Below, one piece after another: positions 31,296 to 40,762 of a stretch of 64,000 nt of DNA. The stretch lies in assembly GCA_022396035.1 (NCBI GenBank), contig JAIOXO010000007.1, positions 2,473 through 66,472 on the forward strand, in the 5' to 3' direction. The DNA comes from Actinomycetes bacterium (GTDB lineage Bacteria > Actinomycetota > Humimicrobiia > Humimicrobiales > Humimicrobiaceae). How positions within the stretch are numbered: position 1 is the stretch's first letter; the number at the start of each line of letters is the position of its first letter. A program made the translations under genes and the position numbers. The notes beneath the pieces are model-generated. The model saw nothing but the letters and a program-made list of their open reading frames with translations. It ran no database searches and had not been told where the DNA came from.

Positions 31296-32798
31296 TTATT
31301 CTATTTTCTGGCCACAATTATCACAGAATTTCTGATCTTGGCCTACTTCTTTTCCGCATGAAGGACAGAATCTTGCTGCCGGTTTGGTCTCTTTTTTAAC
31401 TTCTGGCTCAGGTTGAGCTGCTGCCGGAGGAGTTTTCCTCTTTCTTAAAACTACCACTACAATAATAATAACTGCAATTATTATCAGCAAAGGAATAACT
31501 ATAGCCAGTACTATAAGGGTTACTCCCAGAGCAACCGAGCCTGTATCTTCACCCTCAGCTGCTTCTTCCCCTACCGGGCCAGCTTCAGCCTCAGCGCCTT
31601 CTTCTTCCTGGGCCAACTCTTCGGCTACCGGACTTTCCCCTTCTGCTACCGCTTCAGCTTCTTCTTCAGTAGCAGCCAACGGCTCCGTTTCTTCTGCCAG
31701 GGGAACATCTTCACCGCGATCTATTGCTGCCTGACTGTTAGCCTTATACTCCTGAGCCTGCAAATGACCCTGGCTGGAATTAAGAACCGCATCAAAATAT
31801 TTCATGGCCTCAGAATAATGAGACTGCCTGTACATGGCCAGGCCCTTGTCAAAATTATCATCAACCATTCCCAGCTTATTCTCTACACCATTACGGCTGA
31901 GCAAATCTTTTACATCATTGGACGGCCTTAAATAATTAATATTCTCAGAGCTTCCCATGGTAAGTATGCCAATTACCTCACCATTTTCATTCAATACTGG
32001 TCCCCCGCTGTTTCCAGGGGCAGCCGTACCGTCTACCTGAAGCACCTCGGTACCCTCCAGCATTTTCCTGGCGCTAATCATACCAGAAGTAACCGTAGGA
32101 GTCATTACGGATTCCCAGCTTATGTCTGCATTCCAGGGATAACCAATTATGGTGAGAGGATCCTGTATTTCTACCATGGAGGAATCACCAATAATAACAC
32201 TGGATAAAGCCCTGCCGGTAACCGGCTGTATCTTTAAAATGGCTATATCTCTCTGGTCCCAGGGGCTGTAATCAATTATTTCTGCCCTTATATAGGTGGT
32301 ATCAGGATTATCCGGCAACCCGGCAGTAGCAGTATTAAACTGCACCCACACTTCATGGTCAGGTTCTGGGGTATTCTGGCCTTCCACCTTGTAATTGTCA
32401 TAAATCCAGTTCCAGTCAGCATCGGTCAGATCATAATAATCATCAGGATAGGTGTCAAAAATATAGGCATCCAATATCGACCATTTGATATTTACATAAT
32501 CATCCTGGATAACATGGGCAGCAGTAACAATATGGCCGGTATCAGGATTAACCCCAAAACCGGTACCTCCCAGCGGACCGTACATATACTCCACAGACCA
32601 ATCCTCAAAATTGGGATCATAAACGTACCCGTAATACATGGTGGTTACATAACAGATACTGGGCTGGGTCAGTATCAACTTGTCTTTAGCAGTAAACTCA
32701 TAATCTGTAGCATCCTGTGCATATAGTGCCGAAGACAAACCCAGTGCCAGCATCAGGACAAAAACGAAAACGAAACCCCTTAATATTTTTTTAGCCAT
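31296..32798 (-). CDS. secreted trypsin-like (S1) serine protease with TPR-like segment, acidic linker, C-terminal TM anchor and cytoplasmic zinc ribbon
   Basis: Signal peptide. Catalytic triad contexts TAAHV / DIAILK / GNSGGP. Acidic E/A-rich tract, a ~25-residue hydrophobic span, then CPSCG...CDNCG. Confidence 0.7.
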   Translation of the reverse strand: MAKKILRGFVFVFVLMLALGLSSALYAQDATDYEFTAKDKLILTQPSICYVTTMYYGYVYDPNFEDWSVEYMYGPLGGTGFGVNPDTGHIVTAAHVIQDDYVNIKWSILDAYIFDTYPDDYYDLTDADWNWIYDNYKVEGQNTPEPDHEVWVQFNTATAGLPDNPDTTYIRAEIIDYSPWDQRDIAILKIQPVTGRALSSVIIGDSSMVEIQDPLTIIGYPWNADISWESVMTPTVTSGMISARKMLEGTEVLQVDGTAAPGNSGGPVLNENGEVIGILTMGSSENINYLRPSNDVKDLLSRNGVENKLGMVDDNFDKGLAMYRQSHYSEAMKYFDAVLNSSQGHLQAQEYKANSQAAIDRGEDVPLAEETEPLAATEEEAEAVAEGESPVAEELAQEEEGAEAEAGPVGEEAAEGEDTGSVALGVTLIVLAIVIPLLIIIAVIIIVVVVLRKRKTPPAAAQPEPEVKKETKPAARFCPSCGKEVGQDQKFCDNCGQKIE

Positions 32799-32883
32799 TT
32801 TTTTCTCCTATTTAGATTCCCATAATTTAATTATATATTTTTACCCTTTGATGTCAATAAATTATTATAAATATTATTAATAT

Positions 32884-33957
32884 TTATATCAATACTTTTT
32901 TAAAAGTGTTGATACTTTCCGGGGAATCCAGCACTTCAAACTCCAAATGGTAATTTACCCTCTGGCCTGGTTGTATGAATTTCAAGGTTCCCTCCTGCCT
33001 TTCAATTGCCCTTCCCCTCACAAAACTATTTGCAGGTTCCAGACCGCATACGTATTCGCCATTACCCATCATTTTCCACTGCACCAGATGGGGCAGGCTG
33101 TCTTTATTAAACTTAACCGCGATACCCAGTCCCCTGCCGCTGTTAAACTGTGGGTTCACCAGAGCTATATTACTGTAGCCCTGGCGGTCAGCATTTATGT
33201 CATGGAAAAAAACCTGCTCTTTGTAACCATCTACTGGTTTACTAAACCGGTTATAGCTGTCAGTACCCTGCTTTGCCTGTTCATCCCTGGGCCATACCTT
33301 TGCTTTTCCTTCCAGAAGTTCTGTGACTTCATCAATTATGGGATAACCAATATTGATATGGTAAAGTACCATCAGGGGTGAAGTATCGCTGCCAATATTT
33401 TCCACGCTGTCTTCCAGAGTAATCTTAGGAGAATCCATCCATACAGTTATTTTTCTGCTCAGTTCAAGCTTGTCTCCAAAAACGCTAGCCTCTCTTACCT
33501 TCCCCTGTACAGTCATCCGGTAATTATCTCCTACCCATTCACCGTCAGCGCAGACACTATAGGCTGGAAGGTTTGATATACGCCCATGCTGACCTAATTT
33601 TTGACCCTGGTCCACACAGGGAGAACCCATATAGGTTAAACCGCAGGTGGTAACCAGACCCCCGAAGAAAGTCCTTAACCATTCCAGATCCCTGCTCTCA
33701 TAAAATGCAGGGGAGGTTTCTCTTACCACTGAACGCCAGCTTACCGGAATGGACCGGTAAGAAAGCGAGGATATATCCAGTCCCCGGTCAGCCAGCACAG
33801 TCATATCAATACCGCTAACCGTCTTAATATCTATGCCTCTTACCCCCTTTTGCTGACCTTCAGAAAATTGGTAACACTTAATTCCGCCCAGCTGAGTGAT
33901 GTCGCCTATCCTCCGGGTAACTTCACTTTTGGTTAACTCTTCACCAAAGAGCTCCAT
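32884..33957 (-). CDS. galactose-mutarotase-like (aldose-1-epimerase-fold, DUF4432-like) protein
   Basis: ~357 aa, all-beta-looking composition with the conserved H/E pattern of the mutarotase superfamily. Assignment by recollection only. Confidence 0.35.
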   Translation of the reverse strand: MELFGEELTKSEVTRRIGDITQLGGIKCYQFSEGQQKGVRGIDIKTVSGIDMTVLADRGLDISSLSYRSIPVSWRSVVRETSPAFYESRDLEWLRTFFGGLVTTCGLTYMGSPCVDQGQKLGQHGRISNLPAYSVCADGEWVGDNYRMTVQGKVREASVFGDKLELSRKITVWMDSPKITLEDSVENIGSDTSPLMVLYHINIGYPIIDEVTELLEGKAKVWPRDEQAKQGTDSYNRFSKPVDGYKEQVFFHDINADRQGYSNIALVNPQFNSGRGLGIAVKFNKDSLPHLVQWKMMGNGEYVCGLEPANSFVRGRAIERQEGTLKFIQPGQRVNYHLEFEVLDSPESINTFKKVLI

Positions 33958-33972
33958 AAAACACCTCCGTAT

Positions 33973-35079
33973 TTATTCCAATATCCTATGATAATAATCA
34001 ATATATTCAGGAACAATTTTATTACAATCAAAATCCATAGCCCTTTTTCTGGCTGCCAGGGCCATCTTATCCTTAAGCTTTTGCTCAGATAATATATTTA
34101 TGGCCGCTTCAGACATCCCCTTAATGTCTTCAGGATTAAAAACCAGCCCGCAGCCATAACCTTCCACCACCTCTTTAAGCCCTCCAATCGATGTCCCTAT
34201 TACCGGGACCCCGCAGCTTAAAGCCTCCAGGCTGGCCAGACCAAAGCTCTCACTTAAGGAAGGCTGTAGAAATAAATCAGCCATACTCAGCAAAGACACT
34301 ATATTATCCTGCCTGCCCATAAAATATACACTGTCTTTTAATCCCAGCTGCTTAACCAGTTGCCTGCAGTTTCCCGCTTCCGGACCATCTCCCACCATTA
34401 TCAATTTACCAGGCACCTTTTTTCTTACCTGGCTGAATATACGAATTACATTGTCCACCCTTTTTACCGGCCTGAAGTTGGAAACATGCATCAGCACCCG
34501 GTCATTTTGGCCTATAAAATCCATTTTTGCCGCTTTTCCTCTCTTATACAGAGAAGTATCCACAAAATTATAGATTACCTTCATAGGCTTACTTACTTTA
34601 AATATGCTGTCAGTAGCCTCCCTCAAATAATTGGAAACACAGCTTATTCCGTCACTCTGCTCTATGCTGAATTTGGTTATTCCATAAAAAGAGGCATGAT
34701 TGCCTACAATAGTTATGTCCGTACCGTGAAGGGTAGTAATAAATTTTAATCTCCTATTGGATATCTGCTTGGCCAGGTAAGCTGAAGCCGCATGAGGAAT
34801 AGCATAATGCACATGGAGTATATCCAGATGTTCAGAATCAATTACTTCCGCCATCTTGGCACTCAGGGAAAGGCTGTAGGGAGGATACTTGAACAGCGGA
34901 TACTCCAGGATTTCCACTTCATGAAAAAATATATTTTCATAGTAACTGTTCAGCCTGAAGGGCAGCCCATAACTTATAAAATGAACTATATGACCCCTTT
35001 TAGCCAGCTCAATTCCCAGCTCAGTAGCTACTGCCCCGCTGCCGCCATAGGTAGGATAACATGTAATTCCTATTTTCAT
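33973..35079 (-). CDS. bshA: N-acetyl-alpha-D-glucosaminyl L-malate synthase (GT4)
   Basis: MKIGITCYPTYGGSGAVATELG... is the BshA-type N-terminus. GT4 EX7E region at the C-terminus. Confidence 0.75.
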   Translation of the reverse strand: MKIGITCYPTYGGSGAVATELGIELAKRGHIVHFISYGLPFRLNSYYENIFFHEVEILEYPLFKYPPYSLSLSAKMAEVIDSEHLDILHVHYAIPHAASAYLAKQISNRRLKFITTLHGTDITIVGNHASFYGITKFSIEQSDGISCVSNYLREATDSIFKVSKPMKVIYNFVDTSLYKRGKAAKMDFIGQNDRVLMHVSNFRPVKRVDNVIRIFSQVRKKVPGKLIMVGDGPEAGNCRQLVKQLGLKDSVYFMGRQDNIVSLLSMADLFLQPSLSESFGLASLEALSCGVPVIGTSIGGLKEVVEGYGCGLVFNPEDIKGMSEAAINILSEQKLKDKMALAARKRAMDFDCNKIVPEYIDYYHRILE

Positions 35080-35081
35080 GC

Positions 35082-35798
35082 TTATATATGAATATAGTTA
35101 AAAAAGTTCAAGGGATCGTCAATCTTAATATTATATTCTGTATAATACGGCTCGCCATACCCGGCAGCTATTTTTAAGCCATGGTACTTGTTCCTGGTAT
35201 TTAGAACCTCCATAAAATATTTTGAAGACAGCCTGGTTTCGGATTGTTTCTGGTAATCACTGTAAAGCTGGGACCGGTAACTGGTTACTGCTTCCATCTT
35301 GGTTTTAAAATAATGGGTTATATCTACTATAAAGCTGGGCTCAAACTCATAATGCATCATATAGTTTATAACCACCCGTGGGCGGTAAGCGGGTAACGAT
35401 GTCCTAAATTTTGCCAGCCCGGATATAAATATGCTGTCTTTTAATAATTGATAGGCATGTTCGTGGTCCGGATGTCGGTCTTTATGATAGGGGGTTATGA
35501 CCAGGCGTGGTCTGCAGGCTCTTAACAGGTCCACTACTTTGGTACGGCTGGGAGTGTCATTGACTATATGGCCATCCTCCAGACCAAGGTTTTCCCTGAT
35601 ATCCAGTTTCAATATTTCTGCTGCCTGTTCTGATTCCCTGGCCCTGATTTTCAGATTTCCATTGGTGGAAAGCTCACCATGGGTAAGATCTGCAATGCCT
35701 GTCTTAAAACCGGCAGCCTTCATCTTGAGCAATAACCCTCCACAGCCCATTTCAGCATCATCAGGATGAGCCCCAAAAGCCAGTACACCTATGTCCAT
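35082..35798 (-). CDS. bshB: N-acetyl-alpha-D-glucosaminyl L-malate deacetylase (LmbE/PIG-L family)
   Basis: LAFGAHPDDAEMGCGG... PIG-L zinc-site motif. Directly between bshC and bshA. Confidence 0.7.
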   Translation of the reverse strand: MDIGVLAFGAHPDDAEMGCGGLLLKMKAAGFKTGIADLTHGELSTNGNLKIRARESEQAAEILKLDIRENLGLEDGHIVNDTPSRTKVVDLLRACRPRLVITPYHKDRHPDHEHAYQLLKDSIFISGLAKFRTSLPAYRPRVVINYMMHYEFEPSFIVDITHYFKTKMEAVTSYRSQLYSDYQKQSETRLSSKYFMEVLNTRNKYHGLKIAAGYGEPYYTEYNIKIDDPLNFFNYIHI

Positions 35799-35799
35799 A

Positions 35800-37446
35800 T
35801 TACTCCACCTCTATCATCTTATGACCAAAATCAAAACATCTGAATTCATTATAGATTTCATCTATTAACCTGAAATCATATTTGTTTATATAACTAATAA
35901 CGCTTATCTCTCTTTCCTGCATATTACCATGGGGCAACAGGTTTAATTTTATCTTCTCTACTGCTTTTTTAATATGCTGGTTCTGTTTCTTGTATTGTGA
36001 GTACAGCTTATGACCAAGGACGGTAGTTTCACGGTCTATGTTTCTTTTAATTCTATCAAAAGTTGAAGAAATATTCATCAGGCTTTCAGACAATGCTTTT
36101 TCAGCTTCTTCTATATTTTCTGTTATTTTGCTGTTCAGGTCTTGAACTGCCCGGTTTATATCTACATCCATGTGCCTTTTTAACACCTGTTTCTCTATAA
36201 ATCCCAGCTCTTCCCATATATACCGGTAATCAATCCCATATTTTTCCAGACTCTTGTTTACTCTCTTCTCTATCAGAGTAGCCGAAAAACGGGGGTAGAT
36301 TACCGGCATTTGCACCCCGTAGAGCTTATAAACTGGCCCCAGCTGGGCAAAATAACTTATCTCACCCGGGCCGCAAACCGTTGCCACTACCGGAAACAGG
36401 CTATCCTGAATTATGGGCCTGAGCACTACATTAAAACTAAGGTCAGACATGCAGCCGGCAAATTTTTCCTTAATCTGACCGGCACTAAAAATTTGGCCTT
36501 CCCACCTGTATTGCCGGCCATCAGTCTTAATTTTTTCTCTGTTACCATCCCGGGTTACAAAAAAATTAAGGTAATTCCCCCTGTTTTTCAGCTGGGCATG
36601 GTACCCGCCATCCTTAAGTCTTATGCCTGCGTCATCTATCAGCTCCCCTGCTTTTATACCTAAATCAATATCTTTTTCAATCAAGTCTGATGACAGCTGT
36701 TTTATTTCCTCCATTGCCGGATCAATTATCACCAGGCCCCATCTGGAAAACAGCTTTAACATAAAAGAAGAAAATGTTTTGGAAAAACTGATTTTTCCGT
36801 TCTGCTCTGCACAGCTCAAGGACTCCCCTATAAAATCAACCAAGCTCTGTTTAAAATCAGTAGGTATAAGGTTTCTATCCAGCTGGTCTATAATCTCATC
36901 AATCTGGTCCTGGTTTAAGCCGAGGTCTGAGTACCTGATATTTTCCGGCAGTCTCTTTATGCTTATATTCTTCAGATTGCGGCCTATTAAATTTATATGA
37001 TCTACCTGGGATATGTTGCTGTCATCTGAAGCATTCCAGAAACAGGGTATAACTTCCACTCCAAGCTCCTGTTTCAGACAAGCAGCCAGCTTGATAACGG
37101 TTATAGCTTTATAAATCATAAACAGGGGCCCGCCCAAAAAAACCGGTTGTTGTCCCCCAATCACCATCAGTGAATTCTCTTTGGAAAGCTTGCCTATATT
37201 TTTTAAGGTTTTCTGGCCGGCCCCCAACTCACCATTATATTTTTTTAGGGCTCCAGCCAGCCTTTTTCTGTACCCCCGGTTATAATTTTTTAAAACCTGT
37301 CCGGCCCGTTCATGATAGCTGGCCGGTGAGCGGTAATCATAATGGTAGAAATCCTTGAGATGCCCGAAATTAAAAAGATAGTCATAAAACAGCTGGTTAT
37401 AGTAGAAACGCTTATCCTTTATAATGAAGTTATTTAAATTGGCCAC
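35800..37446 (-). CDS. bshC: bacillithiol biosynthesis cysteine-adding enzyme
   Basis: ~548 aa, DUF1839/BshC-type. N-terminus and overall length. Completes the bshCBA set. Confidence 0.7.
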   Translation of the reverse strand: MANLNNFIIKDKRFYYNQLFYDYLFNFGHLKDFYHYDYRSPASYHERAGQVLKNYNRGYRKRLAGALKKYNGELGAGQKTLKNIGKLSKENSLMVIGGQQPVFLGGPLFMIYKAITVIKLAACLKQELGVEVIPCFWNASDDSNISQVDHINLIGRNLKNISIKRLPENIRYSDLGLNQDQIDEIIDQLDRNLIPTDFKQSLVDFIGESLSCAEQNGKISFSKTFSSFMLKLFSRWGLVIIDPAMEEIKQLSSDLIEKDIDLGIKAGELIDDAGIRLKDGGYHAQLKNRGNYLNFFVTRDGNREKIKTDGRQYRWEGQIFSAGQIKEKFAGCMSDLSFNVVLRPIIQDSLFPVVATVCGPGEISYFAQLGPVYKLYGVQMPVIYPRFSATLIEKRVNKSLEKYGIDYRYIWEELGFIEKQVLKRHMDVDINRAVQDLNSKITENIEEAEKALSESLMNISSTFDRIKRNIDRETTVLGHKLYSQYKKQNQHIKKAVEKIKLNLLPHGNMQEREISVISYINKYDFRLIDEIYNEFRCFDFGHKMIEVE

Positions 37447-37505
37447 TCTTTTACAAATTATTTAAAAATTATAATATAGGCATACTATAATATATAACAG
37501 ATAAA

Positions 37506-38954
37506 ATGGATAATATAAACCATATATATAAAAACCACCCCAAATCAATATATCGCGGGGTAATAGAAAATGCGGATGCAGCAGGTAATGCAGATTCAGC
37601 CAGCTTACAAACCAGGATTGGTTTCACTTCCCGTATCAGCCAGACCACTATAATAGATATAAAGTTTACCTGTTGCGGACAAGATTCGGCTGCAGTCTTT
37701 GCCAGCTACCTCGTCGGCCTGGTTAAAGGAAAAGATATATTCCAAGCAGCATTTATTAGCTATAGATATCTGCAGCCATATTTTAATGCTGTTCCAGGCA
37801 ACTTAAAACCGGCAGCCTTGACTGCCCTCCGTGCTTTTTCTGATATGCTTTCCAGCTACTGGTCGTCTGCAAACCAAAAGCTTTACCCCCTTGACGACAA
37901 CCGGGTAGTGGTTGCCATGAGTGGAGGCATAGACAGTTCCGTAACCGCTAAAATGCTGGTAGAGGAAGGTTATCAGGTTATAGGGGTAACCCTTAAACTC
38001 TTACCTGACAGTTTCAACTACCAGAATAAATCAGGAACCTGCTGTTCTCCCACCGATATCACTCTGGCCCGGCGGGTATGCCTGGAGCTGGGTATTTCCC
38101 ACCTGGTGCTGGATATAGCAGATGAGTTTAAGGAAACAATAATAGATACCTTTTTTGATAAATATATGCAGGGCATAACCCCCAATCCCTGTGTAGACTG
38201 CAATCCCCGGATAAAATTTGGGCTGCTTCTTGACCGGGCCATACAGCTGGGTGCTGCCTATATGGCTACCGGCCATTATTGTATCCTGGAAAAAAAACAG
38301 GGCACCTGCATTATAAAAAAAGGTGTAGACCAGACCAAGGATCAGAGCTATATGCTGTGGAAGCTGAATCAACATCAGCTAAGCCATATTAAATTCCCAC
38401 TGGGCGGGTACCATAAACGGGATATTAAAAAAATGGGCTCCCGGTATTTTCCCTTTCTTAAAGGAAAACCCGAAAGCCAGGATATATGTTTTATAAGCCC
38501 CCAAGGCTATCAGCATTATCTGGCTGCCAAATTTGGCACAGGAGAGGGAAATATACTAAACAGCCAGGGCCAGGTACTGGGCCGGCATAAAGGTTACCCC
38601 TATTACACCATTGGACAGAGAAAAGGGCTGGGTATAAGCCACGCCAGGCCATTGTATGTAAAGAAAATAATACCAGAACAGAACGCTGTGGTGGTAGGAG
38701 AGAAAGAAGAACTGCTGCAAAAAGAATTCAGGGCAGATCAATTGAATTTTTTAACCGGAAATCCCCCTTCCCAAAAATTCAGGGCCCAAATAATGATAAG
38801 GTATAATTTCAAACCGGTTCCGGCTACCATAGAATTACTGGACAGCCAATGTGCCAAATGCTGTTTCGATGTTGCCCAGCTGGCCATAACTCCCGGACAG
38901 TCAGCGGTTTTCTACCAGGATAACCTTCTATTGGGCGGAGGCATAATTACATAA
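37506..38954 (+). CDS. mnmA: tRNA-specific 2-thiouridylase MnmA with an extra ~110-aa degenerate IscU/NifU-like N-terminal domain
   Basis: PP-loop SGGIDSS, catalytic Cys contexts (CCSP; CVDCN) and C-terminal MnmA barrel. The N-term DIKFTCCGQDSAAVFASYLVGLVKGKDIFQAA aligns with IscU '[31 protein letters not shown]', but only the GCG-type Cys is retained. Confidence 0.85.
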   Translation: MDNINHIYKNHPKSIYRGVIENADAAGNADSASLQTRIGFTSRISQTTIIDIKFTCCGQDSAAVFASYLVGLVKGKDIFQAAFISYRYLQPYFNAVPGNLKPAALTALRAFSDMLSSYWSSANQKLYPLDDNRVVVAMSGGIDSSVTAKMLVEEGYQVIGVTLKLLPDSFNYQNKSGTCCSPTDITLARRVCLELGISHLVLDIADEFKETIIDTFFDKYMQGITPNPCVDCNPRIKFGLLLDRAIQLGAAYMATGHYCILEKKQGTCIIKKGVDQTKDQSYMLWKLNQHQLSHIKFPLGGYHKRDIKKMGSRYFPFLKGKPESQDICFISPQGYQHYLAAKFGTGEGNILNSQGQVLGRHKGYPYYTIGQRKGLGISHARPLYVKKIIPEQNAVVVGEKEELLQKEFRADQLNFLTGNPPSQKFRAQIMIRYNFKPVPATIELLDSQCAKCCFDVAQLAITPGQSAVFYQDNLLLGGGIIT

Positions 38955-39088
38955 CAGCTGCAACTGCAATTTTTAAAATACCTGTAGATACCCTGAGCTG
39001 CCAATATTTTAGTTTTAAGTAATATTTAAGGTTTGTATTTAATTTCTTTTAAATACATAAAAAACATGTACTCCTTAATTTCATTTTC

Positions 39089-39718
39089 TTGCCATATCCT
39101 TTTGATGATCCTAAACTGAATATCAAAGAAAGGAATAACATGAACAATCTGGACCAGTACAAGAAAAAAAGAGACTTTAAAAAAACTACAGAACCCCAGG
39201 CAAAAGTCAAACCCGGCAAGCAGGGCCTGATTTATGCCATTCAGAAACATAAATCAAGAAACCTTCACTATGATTTAAGGTTGGAGCTGGACGGTGTACT
39301 CAAGTCATGGGCCATCCCCAAGGGCCCTTCTACCGATCCGTCACAAAAAAGACTGGCTGTTCCCACCGAGGACCACCCTATTGATTATGCCCGGTTTGAA
39401 GGCATCATTCCGGAAGGGCAATACGGGGCAGGTACAGTAATAGTATGGGATAAAGGCACCTACCGAAATTTGAAACAGGACAAAAGCACAGCAGAGTCTT
39501 TGCAGCAGGGAAAGTTGGAGTTTTTCATTCAGGGTAAAAAGCTGCAGGGCGCCTATGTTTTGCTCCAGACAGGCAAGAAAAATGATGATAATAGCAGATG
39601 GCTGCTTATAAAAATGAAAGACCAGCATGCAGATGCCCGCAGAAATCCCACCAGCACTGAACCCCGGTCAGTAATTAGCGGCAAAACCATTGAAGAGCTG
39701 GAAAAGCAAAATGACTGA
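39089..39718 (+). CDS. stand-alone LigD 3'-phosphoesterase (PE) domain protein
   Basis: [16 protein letters not shown] and GxxxVWDxGTY motifs of the LigD PE domain. Start may be the internal Met at 39140. Confidence 0.85.
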   Translation: MPYPFDDPKLNIKERNNMNNLDQYKKKRDFKKTTEPQAKVKPGKQGLIYAIQKHKSRNLHYDLRLELDGVLKSWAIPKGPSTDPSQKRLAVPTEDHPIDYARFEGIIPEGQYGAGTVIVWDKGTYRNLKQDKSTAESLQQGKLEFFIQGKKLQGAYVLLQTGKKNDDNSRWLLIKMKDQHADARRNPTSTEPRSVISGKTIEELEKQND

Positions 39719-39842
39719 AAACTCACTGCTTGAAAATATATTTTCAAAACAAAGGCTGGCCGGCCTTGACCCGGAAGAAATACCTGCCCGCTATAAGAGC
39801 TTAAGGGAAGATAAACCGCCCCACAAGGTCAGAAAGAAATAA
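39711..39842 (+). CDS. 43-aa micro-ORF bridging the PE and Pol genes ([43 protein letters not shown])
   Basis: Its ATG overlaps the PE stop (ATGACTGA) and its TAA overlaps the Pol ATG (TAATG). It falls below the 60-aa ORF-track cutoff. Basic C-terminus. Confidence 0.3.
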   Translation: MTENSLLENIFSKQRLAGLDPEEIPARYKSLREDKPPHKVRKK

Positions 39843-40762
39843 TGAACAAAAGAACCTATAAAATTGAAGGTAAAATCATAGAAGCCTCCCATCTGGAAAA
39901 AATTTTCTATCCTGGCCAGAAAATCCGCAAACAGGACATACTGGATTATTACCAGAAAATTGCTTCCATCATGCTGCCCCACCTAAAAGGGCGGCCACTA
40001 AATATGCACCGGGCTCCAGACGGCATAGAAGGCGAAACTTTTTATCAGCAGGATGCTCCGGACTATTTCCCCCGCTGGATAGACCTGATAGAAGTTACCA
40101 GGGCTGATGGAACCAGATTAAGCCATGCCATATGCAATTCAAAAGCAGCGCTGATATATCTTTCCAACCAGGCTGTACTTTCGTTTCATACCTGGTTGAG
40201 CACAGCTGGTAATATAAAAAAACCGGATAAAATGATTTTTGACCTGGACCCGCCGCCAGAAGGAGACTTCAGGTCGGTCATAGAGGGAGCGCTTATTATA
40301 AAGGATTCATTTGCCTCCATGTCCGTACACTGCCGGGTTATGACTACCGGCTCCAAAGGCCTTCATGTAGTAATACCTATTACCCCTGAATACAGTTTCA
40401 AGGAAGTCCGTGAAGTTGCCAGAAAAATAGCAGAAATCCTGGTAAGCAAATTCCCCGGCAAATTCACCCTGGAACCATTAAAGAAAAACCGGCAGGGAAA
40501 ACTATACCTGGATTACGCAAGAAACTCTTTCGGGCAGACTACCATCTGTCCCTACTCTTTAAGGATTCTCCCCACCGCCCCCATAGCCACCCCCCTTGAT
40601 TGGGAAGAGCTCCAAAAGCCGGGTATCGGACCACAAACTTACAATATTGGCAATATATTCCGGAGATTAGGCCAGAAACAAGACCCCTGGAAAAACATAT
40701 ACAGCCACAGCGAAAATTTGGAAACAATGAAAAAATGGTTGAATACTTATAAAAAAAGCTGA
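39842..40762 (+). CDS. stand-alone LigD polymerase/primase (AEP-family PolDom) protein
   Basis: FDLDPP (DxD), TGSKGLHV and LDYARNSFGQT motifs typical of the NHEJ polymerase domain. Confidence 0.85.
   Translation: MNKRTYKIEGKIIEASHLEKIFYPGQKIRKQDILDYYQKIASIMLPHLKGRPLNMHRAPDGIEGETFYQQDAPDYFPRWIDLIEVTRADGTRLSHAICNSKAALIYLSNQAVLSFHTWLSTAGNIKKPDKMIFDLDPPPEGDFRSVIEGALIIKDSFASMSVHCRVMTTGSKGLHVVIPITPEYSFKEVREVARKIAEILVSKFPGKFTLEPLKKNRQGKLYLDYARNSFGQTTICPYSLRILPTAPIATPLDWEELQKPGIGPQTYNIGNIFRRLGQKQDPWKNIYSHSENLETMKKWLNTYKKS

Noticed and set aside
38018-38375. Minus-strand ORFs (74 and 114 aa) overlapping mnmA
   Set aside because: They are embedded antisense in the conserved MnmA catalytic region. Probably spurious.
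39026-39250. 74-aa minus-strand ORF upstream of or overlapping the LigD-PE start
   Set aside because: It overlaps the PE gene's 5' region antisense and has lysine/phenylalanine-rich low-complexity sequence typical of AT-rich shadow frames.
39089-40762. PE and Pol being one gene split by a sequencing frameshift
   Set aside because: PE and Pol are in the same frame but separated by in-frame stops (KLTA*). The bridging 43-aa ORF is in the +1 frame, so two compensating frameshifts would be required.
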